Both the position numbers and the translations under genes were made by a program. Shown piece after piece: positions 7,890-16,460 of a DNA stretch of 39,578 bases. Each line of letters begins with the position of its first letter. Positions within the stretch are counted from its first letter, which is position 1. Under the pieces are notes generated by a model that ran no database searches, was not told the origin of the DNA, and worked only from the letters and a program-made list of their open reading frames with translations. This stretch comes from Acidobacteriota bacterium. Lineage in GTDB: Bacteria; Acidobacteriota; Blastocatellia; UBA7656. The stretch is taken from contig JANMSG010000087.1 of the NCBI GenBank assembly GCA_031389065.1, positions 1-39,578 on the forward strand, given 5' to 3'.

Positions 7890-10298
7890 GTGGACGATAA
7901 AAGAGTTGAACTTGAGAGATTGAACCCGAAGGAAGAGAATCCTCTTGTGCGACCGGGGTATCCAACTTTGCCGGGCTATCCGTCGGATTCGCTTTCATAC
8001 GGGTATGGCTATCCGTCGAATGATAAAGGCTCGATAAATTTTCGCGCCATCTGGCGAACCATACTCAAACGCAAATGGCTGATTCTGGTCATCATCTTTA
8101 TCGTTACTTCGGCCGCGACCATCGAGGTATACAGAACGAAATCTATCTACAAGGCGACGGCTTCGATAGAGGTTCGTAAAGATGCTACGACGCTCATCAA
8201 AACGCAAAGCATCGTCGTGCAGACAGACGATTCCGACGCGATGAACACCTATATGTACATGATCAAGAGCCGTCCGCTGTTGTTAAAAGTGTCCGAAAGT
8301 CTTCGCCTCGATCAAAATCCTAAGTTCTTCGATGTCTCTTCGAGAAAATCCATCACAGAAGCTGTGCAAACAGTCTTCAACAGAGTGCGCTCGTCGAATG
8401 ATCCGAAACTTCCGACCGCGATAAAAGATATTCCCGCGACCGATTTGAATAAAGAGATGGTGCCGGAAGATAAGGCGAAGTGGTCGCCTTATGCCGGCGT
8501 AATCGCCGGCGGTTTAAGTGTCGAGCAACTGCCCGCCGCGCGTTTGATTATGGTCTCTTATATTCACACAGACCCGGAAACCGCCGCCGCTGTTGCCAAC
8601 ACGGTTTCGCAGCATTTCATTGAACAGAATTTCAAGAGCAAGACAGAGAATTTTACCAAGACCTCTGAATGGCTTGACCGCACAACGCGCGAGTTGAAAT
8701 CGAAAGTGGAGCAAGCCGAACAGGCGCAAGCCAATTATTTGCGCGACAACAATATGTCTTTTGTGGGCAAGACGGCAGACAGTTCAGGCAATTTGGGAAC
8801 CGACAAGTTTCTCCATTTTTACGCACAGGTGCAACGCGCCGAAGCCGAACGCACCCTCAAGCAGTCGCTGTATGAAGAGGTGAAAAAAGGCAATATTTTG
8901 ACGCTTCCTGAAATTTTTGCCGACACCCAGATGGGCGAACTGCAAAAGAATTTGCGCGAATTGCGAGTCCAAAAATCTCAGCTTGATGTCAACTACGGCG
9001 ACAAGCATCCGAAGATAATCGAAATCAACGACCAGATCGCCACCGTTGAAAGTCAGATTAACGCCAACGTCGGAACGCTCGAATCAAAACTCAAAGCCGA
9101 GTATGAAAAGGCTCTGCGCGAAGAGAAACAACTCAAGATGATTTTAGAGCGCAGCAAGACGGAAGCCACCCAGCAGAACCGTGCAGAGATTGAATACAAT
9201 ATGCTCAAGCAAGAGGTGGATACGCAACGCGCGCTTTACACAGAGTTTTTGACCAAGACCAGCCAGGTTGATCTACAGCGCGTCGAGCAAAACAACAATC
9301 TGCAATTGGCTGAACCTGCCGAAGCGCCGATGGCTCCGATCGGTCCTGACCGTTTGAAGACGATACTCACCTGGATGCTACTGAGTTTGGCTGGCGGCAT
9401 CGGTCTGGCGTTCTTTTTAGATTATCTCGATAACACGATCAAGACGGTCGAAGATGTGACCCAATACGCGCAACTCCCGGCGCTTGGCGTCATCCCTGCG
9501 ATGGGCGGACGCAATACTCGTAAACTGGCAGCCGTGAAAAAAGGCGGTGCCGCGCTCGCCAAAAGCAACGCCAACGGCGGCGCGCTCACCATGCCCGGAC
9601 AGATTTCCGCACTTGAATCGCGGTCTTCGGTAGCCGAAGCGTATCGCGTGCTGAGAACCTCTGTGATGTTATCGAACGCTGGCGGACCGCCAAAGATGAT
9701 TCTGGTTACCAGCGGACAGCCCGGCGAAGGCAAAACGACGACGACCGTCAACACCGCCGTTTCGTTGGCGCAGTTGGGCGCCTCTGTGTTGATCATAGAT
9801 TGCGATTTACGCAAACCCTCGACGCACAAAGTATTCGGCGTCGATCATTCACGCGGCATCTCAACCTATCTATCGCGCAATGTTGCGATTGATGAGTTGA
9901 TTCAAAAATTACCGATTCCCAATCTCTCGCTGCTTCCTTGCGGACCGATACCCCCGAATCCTGCGGAGTTGATTAGCTCCGAAAAGATGAAGGAGCTATT
10001 GGCAATGCTGGCAGAGCGTTATGATCATATCTTGATAGATTCGCCGCCTTTGATGCACGTGACAGACCCTGTGATTTTATCAACGATGGTTGACGGCGTA
10101 ATCATTGTAGTCCACGCGGGCAAGAGCACACGCGATGTGGTGCGACGCGCCAGACAGGAGTTGACAGCGGTTGGAGCAAAGATATTCGGCGTGGTGCTCA
10201 ACAATGTGGATTTCCGTAGAGGTGGATATGAGGACTATTACTACTCTCGCTACTACGAGAGCTACGGTGCGGACAGGAACGAAGCGAGCGGAGATTAA
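7890..10298 (+). CDS. wzc: Polysaccharide co-polymerase / BY-kinase (PCP-2a, Wzc-like tyrosine autokinase)
   Basis: Two TM segments flank a long coiled-coil periplasmic region. The C-terminal kinase has Walker A GQPGEGKTTT, A' LIIDCDLRKP and B ILIDSPP. The Tyr-cluster tail is RRGGYEDYYYSRYYESYGAD. GTG start at 7890 follows AGGAG. Confidence 0.92.
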   Translation: MDDKRVELERLNPKEENPLVRPGYPTLPGYPSDSLSYGYGYPSNDKGSINFRAIWRTILKRKWLILVIIFIVTSAATIEVYRTKSIYKATASIEVRKDATTLIKTQSIVVQTDDSDAMNTYMYMIKSRPLLLKVSESLRLDQNPKFFDVSSRKSITEAVQTVFNRVRSSNDPKLPTAIKDIPATDLNKEMVPEDKAKWSPYAGVIAGGLSVEQLPAARLIMVSYIHTDPETAAAVANTVSQHFIEQNFKSKTENFTKTSEWLDRTTRELKSKVEQAEQAQANYLRDNNMSFVGKTADSSGNLGTDKFLHFYAQVQRAEAERTLKQSLYEEVKKGNILTLPEIFADTQMGELQKNLRELRVQKSQLDVNYGDKHPKIIEINDQIATVESQINANVGTLESKLKAEYEKALREEKQLKMILERSKTEATQQNRAEIEYNMLKQEVDTQRALYTEFLTKTSQVDLQRVEQNNNLQLAEPAEAPMAPIGPDRLKTILTWMLLSLAGGIGLAFFLDYLDNTIKTVEDVTQYAQLPALGVIPAMGGRNTRKLAAVKKGGAALAKSNANGGALTMPGQISALESRSSVAEAYRVLRTSVMLSNAGGPPKMILVTSGQPGEGKTTTTVNTAVSLAQLGASVLIIDCDLRKPSTHKVFGVDHSRGISTYLSRNVAIDELIQKLPIPNLSLLPCGPIPPNPAELISSEKMKELLAMLAERYDHILIDSPPLMHVTDPVILSTMVDGVIIVVHAGKSTRDVVRRARQELTAVGAKIFGVVLNNVDFRRGGYEDYYYSRYYESYGADRNEASGD

Positions 10299-10503
10299 GA
10301 TTGACTGGCTCACCTGGTTTAACTGGTCTCGATAGGAGAGCTATCACCCGTCACCCTCTATTTTTTATCAACCTGCGGAGTAAGTGACAGTATAAAACCC
10401 AGTGCGTAAGTGCCAGGTAGAGAGTGATTCAAGAATTAGACAAACCAATCGAGCAATAGACATTTCCTATTTTCCCTTCATTTGAATTGCTACTAAAACT
10501 AAA

Positions 10504-11382
10504 ATGGAAGCCACAGCAAAGATTCCTACAACTAAGGCAGTCGAAGATTACTCACATCTTCCCGAAGATCCTATCGTCAGCATAACATCTGGTCGCAAAT
10601 GGTTTGATATAAATTTGCGCGAAGTTTGGCAATACCGAGAATTGCTTTATTTCCTGGTCTGGCGCGACGTCAAGGTTCTCTATAAACAGACTTTTCTCGG
10701 CATAACTTGGGTCTTGTTGCAACCGCTCCTGACCATGCTCGTGACCTCGCTTTTCTTCGGTAAATTGATAGGCGTCCCCTCGGACGGATTGCCATACCCT
10801 CTGTTTGTCTTTTCGGCTCTTCTTCCCTGGATGTTCTTTTCAAAGGGCATCACGCAAAGCGGCAACAGTTTGATCGGTAGCGCCAATCTGATTACGAAAG
10901 TCTATTTCCCGCGAATGATAATCCCGATGGCGGCGGTCTTTGCTGGCCTCGTTGATTTCGGCATCTCTTTTATCGCCTTTGCGTTGGTAGTGGCTTACTA
11001 TAAGGTTGCGCCAACCTTGAATATGCTATTTTTGCCTTTCGTCATATTGATGACAATACTGTTTGCGCTGAGTATGGGGATATGGCTTTCGGCCTTGACC
11101 GTGAAGTACAGAGATTTTCGCGTAGTCATTCCCATGATGCTCCAGATCTGTATGTTCGTTACGCCAATCTTTTATCCCATGAGCATTATTCCGGAGAGCA
11201 AGCGCTGGATGATGTCGCTCAATCCACTTGCCGGATTGATAGAAGGCTATCGCTCATCGCTATTCGGTTTGCCGTTTAACTGGGCAAGTATTTCCATATC
11301 AACTGTAGTGATCGTCGCTTTTCTTAGCTGCGCAGTATTCGTATTCCGTCGGATGGAAAATCATTTTGCGGACATAATTTGA
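10504..11382 (+). CDS. wzm: ABC-2 type polysaccharide/O-antigen exporter permease
   Basis: Six hydrophobic segments. N-terminal REVWQYRELLYFLVWRDVKVLYKQTFLGITWVLLQPLL is typical of Wzm/TagG/KpsM permeases. It lies directly upstream of the ATPase. Confidence 0.9.
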   Translation: MEATAKIPTTKAVEDYSHLPEDPIVSITSGRKWFDINLREVWQYRELLYFLVWRDVKVLYKQTFLGITWVLLQPLLTMLVTSLFFGKLIGVPSDGLPYPLFVFSALLPWMFFSKGITQSGNSLIGSANLITKVYFPRMIIPMAAVFAGLVDFGISFIAFALVVAYYKVAPTLNMLFLPFVILMTILFALSMGIWLSALTVKYRDFRVVIPMMLQICMFVTPIFYPMSIIPESKRWMMSLNPLAGLIEGYRSSLFGLPFNWASISISTVVIVAFLSCAVFVFRRMENHFADII

Positions 11383-11389
11383 TGAAACC

Positions 11390-12685
11390 ATGAAGCCAAT
11401 CATCAAGGTAGAAAACCTGGGAAAACAGTACCAAATTGGCGCGAGCCAGCAGCCCTATCTCACTTTCCGTGATGCGCTCTCGAAAATTGCGCGAGCCCCG
11501 ATGAATCTCTTTCGCCGCAACGGGCATTCTGATGAAAATACATTCTGGGCGCTGAAAGATGTGAGTTTTGAAGTCAGGCCTGGCGAAGTCATTGGCATCA
11601 TCGGCCGCAACGGCGCGGGCAAATCAACTCTACTCAAGATACTCTCGCGCATCACAGAACCGACAACAGGAAAAATTGATTTATATGGTCGCGTTGGCAG
11701 TCTGCTTGAAGTGGGTACAGGCTTTCACCCTGAACTGACAGGCAGGGAAAATATTTCATTGAACGGCGCAATACTCGGAATGAAGCGCAACGAGATTGAG
11801 CGCAAGTTTGATGAAATCGTAGAATTTGCGGAGATTGAGAAGTTCCTTGACACCCCCGTCAAACATTACTCAAGTGGAATGTATGTCAGACTTGCATTTG
11901 CCGTTGCGGCACATCTCGATCCGGAAATCCTGGTTGTCGATGAAGTGCTTGCAGTTGGAGACCTCCACTTTCAGAAAAAATGTTTGGGCAAGATGAGCGA
12001 TGTTGCAGAAGAGGGAAGGACGGTGCTTTTCGTCAGCCACAATATGACCGCGGTGCAAAGCTTTTGCACTCGCGCAATGGTTATCAATGAAGGCAAAGTT
12101 GTTGAGGAGGGAATGACAGCAAGTGTTGTCTCAAAATATTTGCAATCGTCTTTCTCGGCTTTGACAGAACAAGTTTGGGAGGACCTCAACAGCGCCCCAG
12201 GCAATGACAAAGTGCGTTTGCATCGCGTATGTGTGAGACCTGAAAACGGCTATGCTTGGGATTCCATCAGCATACGAACATCGCTTGTGATGGAATTTGA
12301 ATACTGGAACTTCGAGCCTAATTCGCATTTGAATCTCAGTGTCGTTGTCTTCGACGAAGCAGGAATCGTTGTCTTTAACACAGGTCCTTTATTTGAGCCA
12401 AATTGGGGCAACGGCCCTTTCCCTGTAGGACTCTTTCGCAGCAAATGTTATATCCCGGGAGATTTGTTGAACGACGGTATGCATAGAGTTTCGCTGCATC
12501 TTGTCAAAGATCAAAATAGCATTATTTTTACTCAAGAAGACGCGCTCACTTTTGATGTTCAAGACTCTGTAGAGATGCGCGGCAATTGGCATGGCAAATG
12601 GGTTGGTGCTGTTCGCCCAAACCTTGAATGGCGCACAGAACTTCTGGCCTCCGGAGACCGGTCAGCAATCGAGACAAAATCGTAA
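11390..12685 (+). CDS. wzt: ABC exporter ATP-binding protein with a C-terminal extension of about 185 aa (Wzt-type, putative glycan-terminus binding domain)
   Basis: Walker A GRNGAGKSTLLK, signature YSSGMYVRLAFA, Walker B ILVVDEVLAVGD, H-loop FVSHN. Residues ~246-431 form an extra non-NBD domain. Confidence 0.9.
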   Translation: MKPIIKVENLGKQYQIGASQQPYLTFRDALSKIARAPMNLFRRNGHSDENTFWALKDVSFEVRPGEVIGIIGRNGAGKSTLLKILSRITEPTTGKIDLYGRVGSLLEVGTGFHPELTGRENISLNGAILGMKRNEIERKFDEIVEFAEIEKFLDTPVKHYSSGMYVRLAFAVAAHLDPEILVVDEVLAVGDLHFQKKCLGKMSDVAEEGRTVLFVSHNMTAVQSFCTRAMVINEGKVVEEGMTASVVSKYLQSSFSALTEQVWEDLNSAPGNDKVRLHRVCVRPENGYAWDSISIRTSLVMEFEYWNFEPNSHLNLSVVVFDEAGIVVFNTGPLFEPNWGNGPFPVGLFRSKCYIPGDLLNDGMHRVSLHLVKDQNSIIFTQEDALTFDVQDSVEMRGNWHGKWVGAVRPNLEWRTELLASGDRSAIETKS

Positions 12686-12713
12686 TGACTTTTATTCAAG
12701 CGGAGATTTTTAG

Positions 12714-13514
12714 ATGACTTCTATTTATCGTTTTGGACAAGTCGTATTACCTAAGCCTTTCAAAAGGGTGATCAGAAAAGCGACTCAAGCATGGTACAAA
12801 GCGCAGCCTGAGCCTCTAAGGAGTGCCTTGAAGAATGTATGGGAAGAGATTCGAGTTGCCAGAGCAAGTCGTCAAGCGATTCCTCGTTTTCTTGAATTGA
12901 AAAATCATGCGCCACTGAAAGTTCACTTGGGATGCGGCGAAGATATAAAAATTGGTTGGCTCAACATTGATCATCCTTCTAATGAATTGGCCAATAGAAA
13001 GTTCGCCAATCAGCCAAACACCTGGTTTATCGCCTATGACTTACGCTTAGAATTACCGCTTGATGAGGAAAGCTGTGAGCTCATCTATTCATCTCATTTT
13101 TTTGAACATCTGGATTACTCTCAGGGATTACGATTAATGCGTGATTGTTACCGTGCGCTGACCCCTGGAGGCATATTCCGCATCTCTCTCCCGAATGGCA
13201 AAGGCATACTTGATGCGTATATTCGTGGCGATAAAGATTATATGGGATTGATTGACCAATTGAATCTACTCCCTGACGCGGAGGGAGAACCCAAAACATT
13301 GATTGATTACGTCAACTTCGCCGTCTATGAAAATGGCTCGCACAAATGTCTTTATGACGAGGAAAAACTCGTGTTGATGTTGAAACACTTAGGTTATAGT
13401 TCTGCATCGGTATCTTCTTTTCAACAAGGTATAGACTCTGACACGGCTGTTCGTCGCCGGTATTCTTTTTATGTGGAAGCCGTGAAGAATAGCCGCTTAT
13501 CAGAATTGGATTAG
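12714..13514 (+). CDS. Class I SAM-dependent methyltransferase (Methyltransf_11/23-like)
   Basis: Motif I KVHLGCGEDIKIGWLNID, then YSSHFFEHLDYSQGLRLMRDCYRALTPGGIFRISLPN. Same architecture as the CDS at 23275. Confidence 0.85.
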   Translation: MTSIYRFGQVVLPKPFKRVIRKATQAWYKAQPEPLRSALKNVWEEIRVARASRQAIPRFLELKNHAPLKVHLGCGEDIKIGWLNIDHPSNELANRKFANQPNTWFIAYDLRLELPLDEESCELIYSSHFFEHLDYSQGLRLMRDCYRALTPGGIFRISLPNGKGILDAYIRGDKDYMGLIDQLNLLPDAEGEPKTLIDYVNFAVYENGSHKCLYDEEKLVLMLKHLGYSSASVSSFQQGIDSDTAVRRRYSFYVEAVKNSRLSELD

Positions 13515-13557
13515 ACTTTGCAGAGAAGAGACAACAAAACGATTACGAGCGAAATGA

Positions 13558-14463
13558 ATGACTGGATATTTGAATCGTAAGTATGCGGAGTCACTGGTAG
13601 AGTTTGGGGAACCAGTCTACTTGCCGAAATGTAGAGGCTGGATTATAAAGCGAAAAATAGTGGATACAGATCTTTATGATGCGACAGGATGTTATCCATT
13701 ATTTTCCTGTGTCAGGTGGTCTGAGCTAGCGGCGGATATGGATGCCTTGGCAAAGGATTTTGTCACGCTTTCGCTAGTGACAGACCCATTTGGAGAGGTT
13801 ACGCAGAATATCCTTGAGCACAGTTTCAGAGATCTTGTTTCTCGCTTTAAGGAACATTATGTCACTGATTTGAGCCGTAATCCGGACGTATTGCTGGACA
13901 AACATCACAGATACTATCTGCGAAAGGCTGAGAGAAAGGTTTGGGTAGAATGCACGCTGACACCAATTCAATTTCTAAGCGAGTGGGAGAACCTCTACGA
14001 CAACCTGATCCTGAGGCATCATCTCGAAGGGATTAAAGCATTTTCCAGACAGGCGTTTGAGCGACAATTAAGCACTCCAGGGGTAGTAATGTTCAGAGCC
14101 ATTGCCGGTGGTAAGGCTGTCGCTGCGCATATCTGGTATGTGCAGGGAGAGGTCGCCTATAGTCACCTTGCCGCCTCCAGTCAAATTGGCTATGAACTAA
14201 TGGCTTCGTACCCCTTATATTGGGCAGCAATTACCTATTTTAGAGATAAGGTGCGCTGGCTTGATTTGGGGGGAGGTGCGGGGATTGGTAGAACTGAAGA
14301 GGACGGTTTGAGCAGGTTTAAGAAGGGATGGGCAACCGGAACCAGAACGGCATATTTTTGTGGTCGTATATTTAATGCACAACTTTACGCACGATTGGCA
14401 GAAATACACAAAGCCGGTTCAATCAATTATTTCCCTGCGTATCGGCTGAGAGAATTTTCATGA
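13558..14463 (+). CDS. FemAB/CelD-like GNAT-fold acyl- or aminoacyl-transferase (Acetyltransf_6-like)
   Basis: HRYYLRKAERK...MFRAIAGGKAVAAHIWYVQGEVAYSHLAASSQIGYELMASYPLYWAAITYFRDKVRWLDLGGGAG...GLSRFKKGW follows the pattern of FemAB-like GNAT proteins found in glycan loci. The stop overlaps the next start (ATGA). Confidence 0.65.
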   Translation: MTGYLNRKYAESLVEFGEPVYLPKCRGWIIKRKIVDTDLYDATGCYPLFSCVRWSELAADMDALAKDFVTLSLVTDPFGEVTQNILEHSFRDLVSRFKEHYVTDLSRNPDVLLDKHHRYYLRKAERKVWVECTLTPIQFLSEWENLYDNLILRHHLEGIKAFSRQAFERQLSTPGVVMFRAIAGGKAVAAHIWYVQGEVAYSHLAASSQIGYELMASYPLYWAAITYFRDKVRWLDLGGGAGIGRTEEDGLSRFKKGWATGTRTAYFCGRIFNAQLYARLAEIHKAGSINYFPAYRLREFS

Positions 14464-15155
14464 ACGGATGCCAAACAAAATTTGTAATTGTCGCCTCAAC
14501 GGGCGGGTCAGTTATGAATGAACTCTTGAAGAATGATTTTTTCAAGAGCCAGATTTATTCCGTAGTCTCCGACAGGCACTGTTCAGCTATTGAAAAAGCG
14601 AAAAGCCACAACGTCAAAACAGATATTCTGTTGGAGAAAGATCGAGTGAGCTTTTGCGCGCGCCTGCTTGAGTATCTCAAAGTGAATCAAGTCGTTTATG
14701 TCATAACATTTTTTACGAAACTATTGGTCGGCGATTTGTTGAAAGAGTATAAAGATCGAATCATCAATCTTCATCCTTCCATTCTCCCGGCATTCAAAGG
14801 AATGAATGGATTCGGCGATGCTGTGCAGTACAGGGCGCGATTCGTTGGCAGCACGATTCACTTCATTGATGAAAACATGGATGAGGGGAAGATTATTCTG
14901 CAAGCCATTTGCCCGCTGGATGTCAATAAACCTTTGGCCTTGGTCAGGCACAAAATCTTCGAGCAACAGTGCCGCTCATTGCTGCAAGTCGTAAAGTGGC
15001 TGATTGAAGATAGAATCAAAGTGATGGACGACGAAGTGGTTATCAAAAATGCAAAGTTCGATGACCTGGAGTTTTCTCCCAATCTTGATTTTGTCGAGTC
15101 GCTTGATTTGCGAATCCCCTTTCCAGAAAGGCTTATTGACTCAGGCGAAATATGA
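14460..15155 (+). CDS. Formyltransferase (PurN / sugar N-formyltransferase-like)
   Basis: IINLHPSILPAFKGMNG (the N-x-H-P-S-L-L-P motif) and STIHFIDENMDEGKIILQ (catalytic Asp region). ATGA overlaps at both ends (14460 and 15152). Confidence 0.85.
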   Translation: MNGCQTKFVIVASTGGSVMNELLKNDFFKSQIYSVVSDRHCSAIEKAKSHNVKTDILLEKDRVSFCARLLEYLKVNQVVYVITFFTKLLVGDLLKEYKDRIINLHPSILPAFKGMNGFGDAVQYRARFVGSTIHFIDENMDEGKIILQAICPLDVNKPLALVRHKIFEQQCRSLLQVVKWLIEDRIKVMDDEVVIKNAKFDDLEFSPNLDFVESLDLRIPFPERLIDSGEI

Positions 15156-16363
15156 AAAGGCACTTGTCTGACTTGGCCATCTTCGGGGGCAAGCCGGCGT
15201 TTGATGAAAAGCTTTATGTGGGGCGGCCCAATATAGGCGACCGCGAGCAATTCATCGAACGCATCAACAACATATTAGATAGTCGTTGGCTGACAAACAA
15301 CGGTCATTACGTTCAAGACTTTGAGCAACGCATAGCCGGGATGATCGGCGCTAAGCATTGCATAGCGATGTGCAATGCGACTGTGGCTCTGGAGATTGCG
15401 ATTCGCGCTCTGGAACTGACAGGCGAGGTCATCATTCCCTCGTTCACTTTCATAGCGACTGCGCACGCGCTGCAATGGCAGGAGATCAGACCGGTGTTTT
15501 GCGACATCAATCCGAACACCCATACGATTGACCCGAACCAAGTGGAGCGACTCGTCACAAAGCGCACAAGCGGCATCATCGGAGTTCATGTTTGGGGGCG
15601 AGCTTGCGAGGTGGAGGCGCTGGCGCAAATTGCGCGCGATCATCGTTTGAAGCTTTTGTTTGATGCGGCTCACGCATTCGGTTGCTCCTATAAGGGTCGT
15701 ATGATTGGTAACTTCGGTGATGCGGAAGTCTTCAGCTTTCACGCGACAAAGTTCCTGAATAGTCTTGAAGGCGGAGCCGTTGTCACGAACAATGACGAGT
15801 TAGCTGCGAAAATCAGGCTGATGAAAAACTTCGGATTCGCAGGCTACGATAATGTGATTTACATTGGCACAAACGGCAAAATGAATGAAATGGCGGCGGC
15901 GATGGGAATCACTTCGCTTGAAAGTATGGATGAATTTGTGTTTGCCAATCGGTTGAATTATGAATTCTACAAAAGAGAATTACTCGATCTCCCAGGCATC
16001 AAATTGTTCGTCTATGACGAAGCTGAAAAGTGCAACTATCAGTACCTTGTTCTCGAAGTAGATGAGCAGATAACGATATTGAGCCGTGATGAATTAATCA
16101 AAATTCTTTGGGCTGAAAATGTTATTGCGCGTCGCTATTTTTATCCAGGCTGTCACAATATGGAGCCCTATCGCACAGTTTACCCGGATGCAGGGACGAC
16201 GCTTGCGGCAACAAAGCAGATCGCTGAGCAAGTGCTGTTGCTGCCTACAGGAACAACGATTGCGGCCGAGACGATTAGCGGAATCTGCCAAATGCTTCGC
16301 TTTTGCGTGGAGCACGCAGTTGAAATCTGTGACAGCTTGCGAAGCGTTTTAGTCGAAGCTTGA
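15152..16363 (+). CDS. DegT/DnrJ/EryC1/StrS-family PLP-dependent sugar aminotransferase
   Basis: CNATVALEIAIRAL, DAAHAFG and FSFHATKFLNSLEGGAVVTN (PLP lysine). Length is 403 aa. Confidence 0.9.
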   Translation: MKRHLSDLAIFGGKPAFDEKLYVGRPNIGDREQFIERINNILDSRWLTNNGHYVQDFEQRIAGMIGAKHCIAMCNATVALEIAIRALELTGEVIIPSFTFIATAHALQWQEIRPVFCDINPNTHTIDPNQVERLVTKRTSGIIGVHVWGRACEVEALAQIARDHRLKLLFDAAHAFGCSYKGRMIGNFGDAEVFSFHATKFLNSLEGGAVVTNNDELAAKIRLMKNFGFAGYDNVIYIGTNGKMNEMAAAMGITSLESMDEFVFANRLNYEFYKRELLDLPGIKLFVYDEAEKCNYQYLVLEVDEQITILSRDELIKILWAENVIARRYFYPGCHNMEPYRTVYPDAGTTLAATKQIAEQVLLLPTGTTIAAETISGICQMLRFCVEHAVEICDSLRSVLVEA

Positions 16364-16460
16364 ATGGTACGAAGGCCTGAGGGGCAACAGGGAATGAGTG
16401 AAATGATTGCCAACCCTTCGCGAAGGCAGCAAATTTGATTCTGTGTGCGTAGGCTTGATT

